Origin: Haliotis rufescens
Taxonomy: Eukaryota
NCBI RefSeq assembly: GCF_023055435.1
Contig: NW_025964001.1
Location: forward strand, 45,756,001-45,820,000
Direction: 5' to 3'
DNA length: 64,000 nucleotides
Every line of letters begins with the position of its first letter. Position 1 is the stretch's first letter. The notes beneath the pieces are model-generated. The model ran no database searches, was not told the origin of the DNA, and saw only the letters and a list, made by a program, of their open reading frames with translations. Positions 62,901 to 64,000 of the stretch are shown here, one piece after another. The position numbers were made by a program, and so were the translations under genes.

Positions 62901-64000
62901 AGTTGTCTGATGTGTTATCTGATGTCGTAGATGAAACTGTCTATCTGGTAGTTATCTGATGTGTTTGATGAAACTGCCTATCTGGTAGTTATCTGATGTG
63001 AATGATGAGACTGTCTATCTGGTAGTTATCTGATGTCGTCGATAAAAAAGTGTTGTATCTGGTAGTTATCTGATGTGATTGATGAAACTGCCTATCTGGT
63101 AGTTATCTGATGTGTTATCTGATGTCGTAGATGAAACTGTCGTATCTGGTAGTTATCTGATGTCGTAGATGAAACTGTCGTATCTGGTAGTTATCCGATG
63201 TGATGGATGAAACTGTCGTATCTGGTAGTTATCTGATGTGTTTGATGAAACTGTCTTACCTGATAGTTATCTGAAGTGATTGATGAAACTGTCTATCTGG
63301 TAGTTATCTGATGTCGTCGATGAAACTGTTTTATCTGGTAGTTATCTGATGTCGTAGATGAAACTGTCGTATCTGGTAGTTATCTGATGTGATTGATGAA
63401 ACTGTCTATCTGTTAGTTATCTGATGTGTTATCTGATGTCGTAGATGAAACTGTCGTATCTGGTAGTTATCCGATGTGATTGATGAAACTCTCTATCTGG
63501 TAGTTATCTAATGTGATTGATGAAACTGTCTATCTGGTAGTTATCTGATGTCGTCGATGAAATTGTTTTATCTGGTAGTTATCTGATGTCGTAGATGAAA
63601 CTGTCGTTTCTGGTAGTTGTCTGATGTGATTGATGAAACTGTCTATCTGGTAGTTATCTGATGTGTTATCTGATGTCGTAGATGAAACTGTCGTATCTGG
63701 TAGCTATCTGATGTGATTGATGAAACTGTCTATCTGGTAGTTATCTGATGTGATTGATAAAACTGTCGTATCTGGTAGTTATCTAATGTCGTAGATGAAA
63801 CTGTTTTATCTGGTAGTTATCTGATGTTGTAGATAAAAAAGTGTCGTATCTGGTAGTTATCTGATGTTATTGATGAAACTGTCTATCTGGTAGTTATCTG
63901 ATGTGTTATCTGATGTCGTAGATGAAACTGTCGTATCTGGTAGTTATCTGATGTGATTGATGAAACTGTCTTACCTGGTAGTTATCTGATGTGATGGATG
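59988..64000. repeat. 37-38-bp satellite (GTAGTTATCTGATGTCGTCGATGAAACTGTCGTATCTG)n, runs off the window end
   Basis: Direct tandem repeats with a 1809-bp higher-order duplication. Confidence 0.95.

Noticed and set aside
44466-64000. Regular arrays as possible CRISPR
   Set aside because: Head-to-tail repeats with no unique spacers, no cas genes, eukaryotic context

Overview
Eukaryotic (animal) genomic DNA, most likely a mollusc; the SINE families and (ACTC)n/(AACC)n tails look gastropod/abalone-like (inference). The window is almost entirely repeats. The only recognisable host coding sequence is the terminal exon of a B4GAT1-like glycosyltransferase (17094-17288, +), so 1-17093 is probably one long intron. 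The left half (1-32 kb) is a dense, nested transposon field. It holds several SINE families, a decayed RNase H-bearing I/Nimb-type LINE, a 5'-truncated RTEX-like LINE inside a SINE, a 656-bp Harbinger derivative keeping only a MADF ORF, and six defective Tc1/mariner elements (an inverted pair, a Tc1 inside a Tc1, and a four-level nest). The right half is dominated by nine different tandem arrays. The largest (52-bp unit, about 5.8 kb) lies inside what appears to be a single 7.4-kb Helentron-type element with both termini and an endonuclease remnant. Four signals are the most unusual. (i) Three 25-26-bp CA...TG palindromes, each flanked by a 7-bp target duplication, which resemble P-superfamily excision footprints. 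(ii) A head-less SINE family with a fixed 5' end and a predicted pseudoknotted 5' RNA structure. (iii) The satellite-carrying Helentron. (iv) An unexplained perfect 64-bp duplicated cassette. No searches or folding programs were run; family names come from motif recognition.
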